From an uncultured Alphaproteobacteria bacterium (lineage in GTDB: Bacteria > Pseudomonadota > Alphaproteobacteria > HIMB59 > GCA-002718135), in the NCBI GenBank assembly GCA_902615845.1, contig CACMQS010000010.1, forward strand, positions 682 through 64,681: DNA of 64,000 bases, in the 5' to 3' direction. This document shows positions 11,626-20,899 of the stretch, piece by piece (position 1 is the stretch's first letter; the number at the start of each line of letters is the position of its first letter). The notes under the pieces were generated by a model. That model was not told the DNA's origin, did not search any database, and saw only the letters and a list, made by a program, of their open reading frames with translations. Made by a program: the position numbers and the translations under genes.

Positions 11626-12956
11626 TTAAATACTTGCTTTATAGTTTTATGAAGAGAATCAAAGATTTCATCAATTTGATTTTTTGTAATTATAAATTGA
11701 GGACACAAAACAATAGCATGACCTAAAGGTCTGCAAATTAATCCATTATCAATTGATAAATCAGCAACTTTATCTCCCATGTTAAGATAACCTTCGAATG
11801 GCTCTTTTGTATCTTTATTTTTTACCATCTCTAATGCTGCCATAAGACCTATACCTCTAGTTTCTCCAATGTGTGCATAATCATTAAATTCATTTAATCT
11901 TTCAAAAAAATAAGGTTCCATCAACTTTACATTGTCTAATAAACCCTCATTCATAATTACATCTATTGCTTTCAAAGCAATCGCACATCCAACAGGATGA
12001 CCGCCAGCTGTAAAACCATGTGGAAATTCTTCTGCTTCTTCTGCTACTTCAACTAATTTATCTGAAAATTCTTTATTAACTATAACTGCTCCCATAGGAA
12101 AGTACCCAGCGGTTAAACATTTAGATGAGATAATTATATCTGGTTTGATATTGTATGTATCGCAGCCCCATAAATTTCCAGTTCTACCAAATCCACAAAT
12201 TACTTCATCTGCGATAAAAGGAATATTATATTTTTTTAATATAGGCTGAACTAAATCAAAATACGATTTTGAAGGAGGTATACAACCTCCTGCACCTTGA
12301 ACAGGTTCTGCAACAAAACCTGCAATAGTTTCTGGATCTTCTTTGATGATTTTTTCTTCTAAATTTTTGGCCATCCTAAGAGAAAATTCTTCTTCCGTTT
12401 CATTCTCTAATCCATATTTCCAATAATGAGGACATTCAATATGAATAAATTCTTCAGATGGTAAACCAAACTCTTTATTATATGGTTTGGCTGTCATTGA
12501 AGAAGCTCCTAAAGTAACGCCATGATATCCATTAATTCTTGTTATAATTTTTCGTCTATTTGGCTTTCCAATTCTTGCATTTAACATCCATAACATTTTG
12601 ACCATGGTGTCATTTGCTTCAGATCCTGAATTACAAAAGAATACACGACCTTGATCAAAAGGTGATACTTCAATAATTTTTTCAGATAGCTGCAACGTTT
12701 CTTCAGACAATCTTCCAAATAAAGAATGATAACCAGCAAATTTTTCATACTGTTTTTTTGCAACTTCAATTAGTCCAGGATGGTCAAAACCAGCACACTG
12801 ATTCCATAGACCAGAATTCCCATCTAGATATTTATTACCTTTAGTATCGTAAACATATATTCCTTTTCCATAAGAAATAACTAAAGGCCCTCTTTCATTT
12901 AATGACTTCAAGTCAGTAAATCCATATAAATGGCTGGAAGTATTTCTTTGTAACAT
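11622..12956 (-). CDS. Class III PLP aminotransferase, omega/amine transaminase type
   Basis: LYGFTD, NSGLWN, SGSEAND, DEVICGFGRTG, SSK (PLP Lys) and FPHGFT motifs, matching the Vibrio fluvialis-type amine transaminase as I recall it. Confidence 0.9.
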   Translation of the reverse strand: MLQRNTSSHLYGFTDLKSLNERGPLVISYGKGIYVYDTKGNKYLDGNSGLWNQCAGFDHPGLIEVAKKQYEKFAGYHSLFGRLSEETLQLSEKIIEVSPFDQGRVFFCNSGSEANDTMVKMLWMLNARIGKPNRRKIITRINGYHGVTLGASSMTAKPYNKEFGLPSEEFIHIECPHYWKYGLENETEEEFSLRMAKNLEEKIIKEDPETIAGFVAEPVQGAGGCIPPSKSYFDLVQPILKKYNIPFIADEVICGFGRTGNLWGCDTYNIKPDIIISSKCLTAGYFPMGAVIVNKEFSDKLVEVAEEAEEFPHGFTAGGHPVGCAIALKAIDVIMNEGLLDNVKLMEPYFFERLNEFNDYAHIGETRGIGLMAALEMVKNKDTKEPFEGYLNMGDKVADLSIDNGLICRPLGHAIVLCPQFIITKNQIDEIFDSLHKTIKQVFN

Positions 12957-12980
12957 ATCAGTTAAATATTTTTTTTTATT

Positions 12981-13874
12981 ATGAAAAGCAAGATTTTATT
13001 TTCAGTTGGGACTATAGGTGTACTTTTTATGATGGCTGGCCAATTATCATTCTCTATAAATGATAGTTATGTCAAACTTGTTGTAAAAAATATAGGTGAT
13101 GATAATTCATTATATTCTGTAATTTTTTTAAGAGGTTTAGTTACATCAAGTTTATTAGGTTTATATTTAGTTTTTTTTGAAAAAAAAAATTTAATTAAAA
13201 TACTATCAATAAAAAGTTTTCATATAAGAGGTTTGTATGAAGTTTTAACAGCATTATTTTTTTTAGTTGGATTAATATTACTTCCAATATCTGAGGTTTA
13301 TACACTTTTAATGACTAATCCTTTCTTTGTAACAATATTTGCTTTTCTTTTTTTGGGAGAGAAAGTTGGAATAAGAAGATGGTGTGCAGTTATCATTGGG
13401 TTTTTAGGTGTGCTAGTAGTTGTAAATCCACAAAATTTTCAATTTAATTATCTTTTAGTGTTACCAATTTTAGCTGCTATTTTTTTAACTATTAGAGATA
13501 TTGCTACAAAAAGTTTAGCAACTAAATCAAATAGTGTTGAAATTACATTTGTGACAGCATTATTAATTACTGGGTTTGCAGGTTTGGGTTCAATTATTTT
13601 TGGTTATCAAGTAAGCGGTGAAGATGTAAATTATATTCTTGCTTCTAGTATATTTGTTTTATTTGGATATTTGTTTTCAGTATTAACAGTTTTTTATGCA
13701 CCACTCTCATTAACCGCCTCTGCAAGATACAGTGTAATTATATTTGGTATGATTTTTGGGTATTTGATACTAGGTGAAACTCCAACTTATAATATGATTA
13801 TTGGTGCAATAATTATTACATTAAGTGGTTTATTTGTAATCAAAAGAGAAAAAGAAATAGGTAAAATTAAATAA
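12981..13874 (+). CDS. DMT/EamA family transporter
   Basis: FLGEKVGIRRW and ILGETP motifs, multi-TM. Confidence 0.88.
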   Translation: MKSKILFSVGTIGVLFMMAGQLSFSINDSYVKLVVKNIGDDNSLYSVIFLRGLVTSSLLGLYLVFFEKKNLIKILSIKSFHIRGLYEVLTALFFLVGLILLPISEVYTLLMTNPFFVTIFAFLFLGEKVGIRRWCAVIIGFLGVLVVVNPQNFQFNYLLVLPILAAIFLTIRDIATKSLATKSNSVEITFVTALLITGFAGLGSIIFGYQVSGEDVNYILASSIFVLFGYLFSVLTVFYAPLSLTASARYSVIIFGMIFGYLILGETPTYNMIIGAIIITLSGLFVIKREKEIGKIK

Positions 13875-13878
13875 AAAT

Positions 13879-14322
13879 TTACTGATCCTTACAAAAATTA
13901 TAAACTTCTTCAACATGACCTTTAACTTTAACTTTATTCCAAGAATTTAGAATTTTTCCATTTTTATCGATTACAAATGTAGATCTATCTATCCCAAAAT
14001 ATTTCCTACCATACATAGATTTTTCTATCCAAATACCAAGTTTATCACAATTTTTTCCTTCATCCGAACCAAGTGGGTATTTCAATTTATACTTATCTGA
14101 AAATTTTTTATTCCGATCAACAGGATCTTTAGAAGCTCCTATTACATCAAAGCCAATTTTATTAAATTTTGTTAAATATTTCTGAAAATCTGCAACTTCT
14201 ACTGAGCATCCACCAGTTAAAGCCTTAGGGTAAAAGAATAAAACTGTTTTATTCTTTAATTTAGATGAATCAAACTCATTATCGTTTGTTAATTGAAGTT
14301 TTATCTTAGGAATTTTTTTCAT
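13879..14322 (-). CDS. bcp: Peroxiredoxin BCP/PrxQ
   Basis: FFYPKALTGGC with peroxidatic Cys, RSTFVID. Confidence 0.92.
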   Translation of the reverse strand: MKKIPKIKLQLTNDNEFDSSKLKNKTVLFFYPKALTGGCSVEVADFQKYLTKFNKIGFDVIGASKDPVDRNKKFSDKYKLKYPLGSDEGKNCDKLGIWIEKSMYGRKYFGIDRSTFVIDKNGKILNSWNKVKVKGHVEEVYNFCKDQ

Positions 14323-14324
14323 AA

Positions 14325-15446
14325 TTATACTACTAGTTTAAGACCGTACCCAGCTTTTTTAACTCTTGTTTTAAAATAATTTTTATTGAATTTATTCAAT
14401 GTTGGCTTTGTATTTATTTGATTTTCGACTTTAATTCCAGCTTTCTTAATAGAATTAATTTTATTTTTATTATTTGTAATAAGATTAACTTTATTTATTT
14501 TTAATAATTTCAGTATTCTAGCTGCAATATTAAAATCTCTTTCATCATCCAAAAAACCAATATTATGATCGGCGTCTATTGTATCCATACCCCTTGCTTG
14601 AAGAGAATAAGCTCTCATTTTATTAGCTAATCCTATTCCCCTACCCTCTTGTTCTAAATATAATATAACTCCACCATTATTTCTAACCATGTAATTGATT
14701 GATTGATTTAATTGCTCACCACAATCACATTTTAAAGAATGAAAAATATCACCTGTAAAACAAGCTGAATGTATTCTTAAATTAACAGATTTTTTATTTA
14801 TTTTTTTTGGATTAACAATTATCGCTACATGTTTATCAGATCCAATATATGATTTGAATATTTTAAAATTAGAATTTTCGTTTTTTGGTAATGGAACTTT
14901 TGCACTGGAAACTAATTTAATACTTTCACAAATTAATTCATTTTGTTTCAATAAATCTTTGTAGTCAAATATTAAAATTCCATTCTTAAATCCAAATTCG
15001 TTTATATTTTTGTAATATTTTTTATTAATTTTTTTAAAAACTAACGACGGTATCATTTTAGCATTTTTGGAAAGATCAATACAAACATTATGAAAATTTT
15101 TAGATTTGAATTTTTTAATATTGGTAAATTTAATTACTTTATTATTGCTAAGAGGGTTGACAAATAAATTTATTATTTGATTTACATCTGTTTTGGGATT
15201 TATCTCAAAATAAATATTACCTTTAATATTCTTATTAAAAATTGATTGAGCTTTTTGTTTAGTAATAAGTAGATATTTTTCATCAATTAAGTGCTTATTG
15301 AATTGATTGAAAATTTTACTTTGGGAATGCTCTATATTAAAGAACATCCAATATTCCTTGTTATTCTGAATTATTAAGGGTCTTCCGGTCCTGAGTTCGT
15401 TAATTGCCCTATCTATTATAGTGCCTGTATTAGATTTGAAACTCAT
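14325..15446 (-). CDS. ribA: GTP cyclohydrolase II with degenerate RibB-like N-terminal domain
   Basis: RIHSACFTGDIFHSLKCDCG (three Zn Cys), QEGRGIGL, RAY, LITNN. ATG at 15446 preferred over 15482. Confidence 0.9.
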   Translation of the reverse strand: MSFKSNTGTIIDRAINELRTGRPLIIQNNKEYWMFFNIEHSQSKIFNQFNKHLIDEKYLLITKQKAQSIFNKNIKGNIYFEINPKTDVNQIINLFVNPLSNNKVIKFTNIKKFKSKNFHNVCIDLSKNAKMIPSLVFKKINKKYYKNINEFGFKNGILIFDYKDLLKQNELICESIKLVSSAKVPLPKNENSNFKIFKSYIGSDKHVAIIVNPKKINKKSVNLRIHSACFTGDIFHSLKCDCGEQLNQSINYMVRNNGGVILYLEQEGRGIGLANKMRAYSLQARGMDTIDADHNIGFLDDERDFNIAARILKLLKINKVNLITNNKNKINSIKKAGIKVENQINTKPTLNKFNKNYFKTRVKKAGYGLKLVV

Positions 15447-15482
15447 GAAAACTTTATATAGATATAATTGAAATAAAAACAA

Positions 15483-16316
15483 ATGATTACATCAAAAAAT
15501 ATAGGAATTTTACTAGATTTTATAAAAAATTCTAAAAAGAATAGTGATTTATATTTATTGGTTAAAAAAAATAGTATTTCTTTATCATCAAAAAGAAAAA
15601 GTAATTTTTACATAAAAAATAATAATCTGGAATCTAAAATTAATATAAGTAAATTTTATCAATCAATCTTAAATATCCTTCTCCCGATATTAAAAAAAAA
15701 CAAAAAATTAGTTATAGCTCAGATAGGACAAAGTATTGATGGTAGAATTGCATTAAATAATGGTAATTCACATTACATAAATAATCCCAAGAGTATTATT
15801 TACCTACATTGTTTACGAAGTATCAGTGATGCAATTATTGTAGGCTCAAATACCATAAAAAAAGATGATCCCCTATTAACAACAAGAAAAATAAAGGGCA
15901 CAAATCCAAAAAGAATTATTATTGATGGCAGTCTTTCACTAAATAACAAATATAAAATATTTAATGACGGTAATGAAAATATAATTTTTACAAAAAGTAA
16001 TAAAAATATTAGATTAAATAATTCAACAATAATTAGGTTAAAAGAAAAAAATTTTACTAAAAACTTAATTACGCAAATAAAAAAACTTAAATATAAAAAT
16101 ATTTTAGTAGAGGGAGGATCAAAAACTATTTCAGAATTAATAAATAATAAATATATTGATATTCTTCAATTTATTATTGCCCCAATATTAATAGGTTCCG
16201 GAATTAATTCATTAAATTTAAAAAAAATTTCAAATCTCAATAAAGCTATCAGACCAAAACATAATTTTAATGAATTAGAAAATGAAATTATTGTTAATTT
16301 ATTTCTTAATAGCTAA
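15483..16316 (+). CDS. RibD C-terminal-type pyrimidine reductase (no deaminase domain)
   Basis: QSIDGRIA, DAIIVG, DDPLLTTR, LVEGG and APILIGSG motifs. No HAE/PCxxC deaminase motif. Confidence 0.85.
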   Translation: MITSKNIGILLDFIKNSKKNSDLYLLVKKNSISLSSKRKSNFYIKNNNLESKINISKFYQSILNILLPILKKNKKLVIAQIGQSIDGRIALNNGNSHYINNPKSIIYLHCLRSISDAIIVGSNTIKKDDPLLTTRKIKGTNPKRIIIDGSLSLNNKYKIFNDGNENIIFTKSNKNIRLNNSTIIRLKEKNFTKNLITQIKKLKYKNILVEGGSKTISELINNKYIDILQFIIAPILIGSGINSLNLKKISNLNKAIRPKHNFNELENEIIVNLFLNS

Positions 16317-17087
16317 AAAATCTGTATTATTTAAAATAAATCTAGAATTTTTTTCTTTAATACATTTTAAACGAAATTTTAACCAATCATCAAAGTTAAG
16401 TTTATTTTTTTGAATAATTTCTCTACAAAAATTTAAGAAATAAATTTGAAATTTATAATTTTTACTAACATCCCATGTAGAGTCTAAAACATATGTTTTG
16501 TGAGTCCTTTTAAATACTTTATTTATTAATTCAGTACAATCTGGTCCAACGGCCACTTCCCCTATTCCTTTGTCAGATTTTTGATCTTTATTAAAAATAT
16601 TAAGAATTTTTTTATCATCCTTGTGTTTTGGAAAAAATTTAAAATTACCGTTATAATTTAAGGCAAAGTAGACAATTTCTGTATCAACATTTAATTTATG
16701 AAAATTTTTAAACCATGTTTTTGGAAGAATATCTAAAAAAGCAGATCCTGTAACTAAATTATAATCATTAAGATTTATTTTTTCTAGATTATTAATTACA
16801 TCAACAATTTTAAAATTAGTTTTTTTTATTTTAGATGATAATTTTATATTTTTTTTAAAATAATTTGTTGATTGATGTGATATATCTACAAAAGACCAAT
16901 ATTGATTATTTAATAATCTCGATTTAAGAAATCTATAATTAGATCCAGCACCTGAACCTAAGTCAACTATTCTAATATTTTTTTTATTTTTAAAAAATTT
17001 ATTAATTAAATATAGTATTCTTTTATTTCTTGAATTCCTATCAACAGTTTCTCTAAGATTTAACCATTTATTTTGAAATTCATGCAT
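16299..17087 (-). CDS. Class I SAM-dependent methyltransferase-like protein
   Basis: IVDLGSGAGSN motif I, WLNLRE N-terminus, VTGSAFLD. Confidence 0.8.
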   Translation of the reverse strand: MHEFQNKWLNLRETVDRNSRNKRILYLINKFFKNKKNIRIVDLGSGAGSNYRFLKSRLLNNQYWSFVDISHQSTNYFKKNIKLSSKIKKTNFKIVDVINNLEKINLNDYNLVTGSAFLDILPKTWFKNFHKLNVDTEIVYFALNYNGNFKFFPKHKDDKKILNIFNKDQKSDKGIGEVAVGPDCTELINKVFKRTHKTYVLDSTWDVSKNYKFQIYFLNFCREIIQKNKLNFDDWLKFRLKCIKEKNSRFILNNTDFLAIKK

Positions 17088-17088
17088 A

Positions 17089-18135
17089 TTAAATTAAATT
17101 AACAAATTTCTTAGCTGACTCTAGAGGAGTAAGAAGATATCTTTTATTTTTATGAATATCAATATTTAGTTTTTTAAAATTTTTTTTATTTAATATATTT
17201 TTAATAATTATATTTCTAAGATCATTTACTTCAAATTTTTTGAAATAAATAACACCCTTTTTTCCTATTGTATTTAAGATAGTATTAGTGAAAAAGGTTA
17301 TAATTGGCTTTTTAATTATTAATGCATTTGCTAAAGACATACCAAAACCTTCATATTTACTTACCGAAATGTAACAATCTGTTTTAGAATATAATTTAGC
17401 TAATTTTGTATCTGAAATAGTACCATGGAATATTATTTTTCTGTTCATTGAATTTTTAGAAATAAATTTTTTAAGTTTTTTGTAATAACTTATATCTCTT
17501 GTAGTATCACCAACAATTTCTAAAATAAAATTATCTAAAGGCTTTAAAACTTTTAATAAAAAAAGATAATTTTTTCTATTTATTATACTTCCACATGTTA
17601 AAAAATGAATTTTACTATTATTTTTAAAATTATATTTTACAAGTCTTTCTATACCAGGTTCAACTACAGAAATTTTATTATTTAGTACCTTAAATTCATT
17701 TATTAATAAATTTTTTGTATTTTTAGAAGTCACAATAAATTTATTTATTTTTTTGAAATTTTCTTTTTCTAATCGTAAGAATTTTTTTGACCTATGACTT
17801 TTAAATTCAAGATATAAAGGATGATGTATTAGTGCGATGACATTATAAGTAAGTAATTTTTTAAAAATTGAATACATTCCTTCTAAAACTAATCCATCTA
17901 TGATAATTTTAGAGTCATGATCAATTTTATCTAAAATTTTTAGAAAATATTTTATATCGTTATTTGTAGGAAAAGGATAATTTTCACTTAGAGCAATTGG
18001 TCTAATATTTATATCTCTTATCTTTGCATATTCTAGGATATTTTTTTCATAAATATATCCTCCAGTTTTTGCATTAATGTTTCCTGGATAAACAAAATAA
18101 ATATCAGATTTATTTTTAGATAACCTCTTTTTCAT
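17089..18135 (-). CDS. Glycosyltransferase family 4
   Basis: TGGYIYE, HHPL, RKN and EGFGM motifs of GT-B/GT4. Start refined from 18153. Confidence 0.85.
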   Translation of the reverse strand: MKKRLSKNKSDIYFVYPGNINAKTGGYIYEKNILEYAKIRDINIRPIALSENYPFPTNNDIKYFLKILDKIDHDSKIIIDGLVLEGMYSIFKKLLTYNVIALIHHPLYLEFKSHRSKKFLRLEKENFKKINKFIVTSKNTKNLLINEFKVLNNKISVVEPGIERLVKYNFKNNSKIHFLTCGSIINRKNYLFLLKVLKPLDNFILEIVGDTTRDISYYKKLKKFISKNSMNRKIIFHGTISDTKLAKLYSKTDCYISVSKYEGFGMSLANALIIKKPIITFFTNTILNTIGKKGVIYFKKFEVNDLRNIIIKNILNKKNFKKLNIDIHKNKRYLLTPLESAKKFVNLI

Positions 18136-18514
18136 ATGATGCCCATGCAACATTTGATTCTTGCAAGGTTATTTTAATTTTTTTTAAAGATTTATAATCT
18201 TCAGAGAATTGATTTCTTAGTCTATTTAAGATCTTATTGCAGATATCCTCTGCTAAAAACTCTGTTGAGGTAATTTTACCCTTAAATTCATCAATTTCAT
18301 CTAAATTTTGATAATTATATATTTTAAGAATATCTTTTAAAGTCGTGGACACTATTCCTAAATCCATAATTATATTGTATTTATTTAGTTTATCAGTGAA
18401 AAATTCTGCATCTACTAAATATGTAGCTCCATGCATATTTTGAGCTGGTCCAAATACTTCTCCAGGTAATGAATGAGCTATTAGAATATTTTCTCTTACT
18501 TTTATAGAATACAT
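18116..18514 (-). CDS. 6-pyruvoyl-tetrahydropterin synthase/QueD-like T-fold protein, non-canonical (PTPS-IV-like)
   Basis: AHSL, FGPAQNMHGATY, NLD, STEFLA and ES motifs. Lacks the CxxxHGH motif of QueD/PTPS. Confidence 0.85.
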   Translation of the reverse strand: MYSIKVRENILIAHSLPGEVFGPAQNMHGATYLVDAEFFTDKLNKYNIIMDLGIVSTTLKDILKIYNYQNLDEIDEFKGKITSTEFLAEDICNKILNRLRNQFSEDYKSLKKIKITLQESNVAWASYEKEVI

Positions 18515-18516
18515 AA

Positions 18517-19476
18517 TTAATATTTAATTAGATGCATTATTGTATCTTTATTTTGAAGGATTTTATAGTAATCTTTTTCTAAATCAAAAAAATTACTTTC
18601 ACTAGTAATTAATTTTTCTAATTTTGAATTTTTTAAAGATTTAATTGCTAATTTTAATCTCCCCTCAAAATCATATTTATTTTTCATGTATTTTGGTATT
18701 TTAGATACCTGTGAACTAATAATTTTTAATCTTTTAGAATGAAAATACCCGCCTAAGGCAACTTCTCCTTTATTTTTACCATACCAACTAGCTTCTACTA
18801 TTTTTCCTTCGATAGATAATTTTTCCAATAGAGAATTTAAAACTTTATAATTAGCTGTAGTATTTATTGCTACATCTATTTTCTCAATCTTTCTTATATC
18901 AATAAAATTTAATCCTAAATAATTGGCAATTTTTCTTTTATTTTTATTATTATCATAAACATAAACATTTTTATATCCATTAATTTTAAAAAAAAATGCA
19001 GTTAATAATCCTACAGAGCCAAGCCCTACAATTAGAATTTTGTTATTACTTTTAGATTGAGCGTCCCAAAAGATATTAATAGCTGTTTCCATATTTGCAG
19101 TTAGAACATATTTTCTCAAATTTCCTTTAGGTAAAAAAATTAAATTTTGAATAGAAATTTCATATAAATCCTGATGAGGATAAAGACTAAATATTTTTTT
19201 ATTTATATATTCCCTTGGACCATCGATAATATTCCCAACATTTATATAACCGTATTTTATAGGTAAATTAAAAGAACCCTCTTGAAAAGGGGCTTTCATT
19301 AATTCAAATTGATCCTTACTTACGCTTTTAGATGAAATTAATTTTTCAGTTCCCTTGCTAATACCTGAGTAAATAGTTTTAACTAAAACTGTTTTGTTAT
19401 TTTTATTGTAAACAAGTTTTTTTTGATAAATTTTAGCTTGTTTTTTTTTATCAATCCATAAAGAATAAGATTTCAT
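18517..19476 (-). CDS. MDR-family (zinc-binding alcohol dehydrogenase-like) oxidoreductase
   Basis: SGISKGTE, KYGY, ANMETA, Rossmann motif GLGSVG, SWYG, SSQV. Confidence 0.8.
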   Translation of the reverse strand: MKSYSLWIDKKKQAKIYQKKLVYNKNNKTVLVKTIYSGISKGTEKLISSKSVSKDQFELMKAPFQEGSFNLPIKYGYINVGNIIDGPREYINKKIFSLYPHQDLYEISIQNLIFLPKGNLRKYVLTANMETAINIFWDAQSKSNNKILIVGLGSVGLLTAFFFKINGYKNVYVYDNNKNKRKIANYLGLNFIDIRKIEKIDVAINTTANYKVLNSLLEKLSIEGKIVEASWYGKNKGEVALGGYFHSKRLKIISSQVSKIPKYMKNKYDFEGRLKLAIKSLKNSKLEKLITSESNFFDLEKDYYKILQNKDTIMHLIKY

Positions 19477-19489
19477 AATTTACTTATAA

Positions 19490-20257
19490 ATGTATAATAA
19501 AAAAATGCTAACAAACTTTTGGGAAGAATTAACAACAAATGAAATTAAAAAAATAAATAGAAAAACAGTTTTAATTTTCCCATTTTCATCAATAGAACAA
19601 CACGGTCCGCATCTTCCATTAAATACTGATAAAAAAATTCTTGAAGGAATATTATTAGAATTTAATAAAAAATATAATTCAAATAAATATTTAATTATGC
19701 CTGAAATATATTTTGGTTCAGCTGCTGAACATACAGATTTTGATGGAACAATAAGTATTGATTCATTGGAATTTATATCGCACTCTTTGTCAATATTAGA
19801 AAATGTATGTAAATTGAAATTTAAAAATATATTACTTTTAAATAGTCATGGTGGACAAATTAGCCATATAGATATTATTGCTAAAGAATTGAAATCAGAA
19901 TTTAAGATAAACATAGTAAAAGGCACATATTTTTTATTTGATCAATTTAAAGGAATTATATCAAGTAAAGAAAAAGACTTTGGTTATCACGGTGGAGAAT
20001 TTGAAACATCTATTATGTTATATTTATTTCCAAACCTAGTTAGGCAATCTAAAATTTCTAAACATAGATTATCCTCCGATTATTTATCATCTAAAACCAT
20101 TTCTTATGAGAAAAATATTAAAAAAGCTTGGGTAACTAAAGAATTAAGTAAAAGTGGAATTATTGGAGATCCTAGAAAATCCAATGCACAGACAGGAAAA
20201 AAAATAATTGATAGAGTAACTCAAAAATTAAATAAAATAATAAATGAGATGTTTTAG
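19490..20257 (+). CDS. Creatininase/ArfB-family amidohydrolase
   Basis: EQHGPHLPLNTD, NSHGG, HGGEFETS and GIIGDP motifs. Confidence 0.88.
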   Translation: MYNKKMLTNFWEELTTNEIKKINRKTVLIFPFSSIEQHGPHLPLNTDKKILEGILLEFNKKYNSNKYLIMPEIYFGSAAEHTDFDGTISIDSLEFISHSLSILENVCKLKFKNILLLNSHGGQISHIDIIAKELKSEFKINIVKGTYFLFDQFKGIISSKEKDFGYHGGEFETSIMLYLFPNLVRQSKISKHRLSSDYLSSKTISYEKNIKKAWVTKELSKSGIIGDPRKSNAQTGKKIIDRVTQKLNKIINEMF

Positions 20258-20280
20258 ATTTTTATTTATAAAGAATTAAA

Positions 20281-20844
20281 TTAAAAAAATTTTTTGTATA
20301 TCTCATTGTACTCACAATCATATACCTCACAGTTATCTAGCATATATTCAGTTATTTGACTTAAGAATGTACCATGACTGACTAATACAATTTTTTGTAA
20401 ATTAAGGTTTTTGATAGATAGTAGAAAAGATCTTAATCTAATTTTAATATCATTGTGAGACTCTTGTATAATTTTTTTTTCATTAATAGGTTTGTTATTA
20501 TTCCACCAAAAATCATTTAAATTATTAAAATCAAAATTATTAAATTCTTTTTTTAATTTTTTTGGTTGTCTTCCTACATCACATGAGTGGTACAAATGTT
20601 CTCTTATTAATGGTTCAATTACAGGTTTATTAGATGGAAAAACAATAGAGAATGTTTCCAATGTTCTTGTTAAGGGGGAGCAAAAATAATTATCAAATTT
20701 AAGATTTTTAATTCTATTATTTAATTTTTTTGCTTGCTCAACTCCTCTTTTAGTAATTCTTGCATCATAATAATAAGTTGGATTATCTAAATCTGATGCT
20801 GCATTAGCTTCTGACTCTGCGTGTCTAATAAGATATAATTTCAT
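20281..20844 (-). CDS. Histidine phosphatase family protein
   Basis: LIRHAES, SPLTRT and VSHG motifs. Confidence 0.85.
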   Translation of the reverse strand: MKLYLIRHAESEANAASDLDNPTYYYDARITKRGVEQAKKLNNRIKNLKFDNYFCSPLTRTLETFSIVFPSNKPVIEPLIREHLYHSCDVGRQPKKLKKEFNNFDFNNLNDFWWNNNKPINEKKIIQESHNDIKIRLRSFLLSIKNLNLQKIVLVSHGTFLSQITEYMLDNCEVYDCEYNEIYKKFF

Positions 20845-20899
20845 TTTTTAACTATAAATACGATAAACGTTCATACATAGGTAAGAATAAAACTTAATT

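Noticed and set aside
15447-15483. Apparent zero-gap head-to-head junction of ribA and the RibD-like gene in the ORF track
   Set aside because: The 15482 start is not an ATG; ATG at 15446 is more plausible and leaves a 36-nt gap.
14325-20257. Very AT-rich composition suggesting a mobile island
   Set aside because: No integrase, transposase, tRNA or flanking repeats seen. Similar AT richness occurs in other weakly constrained genes here, so drift is sufficient.
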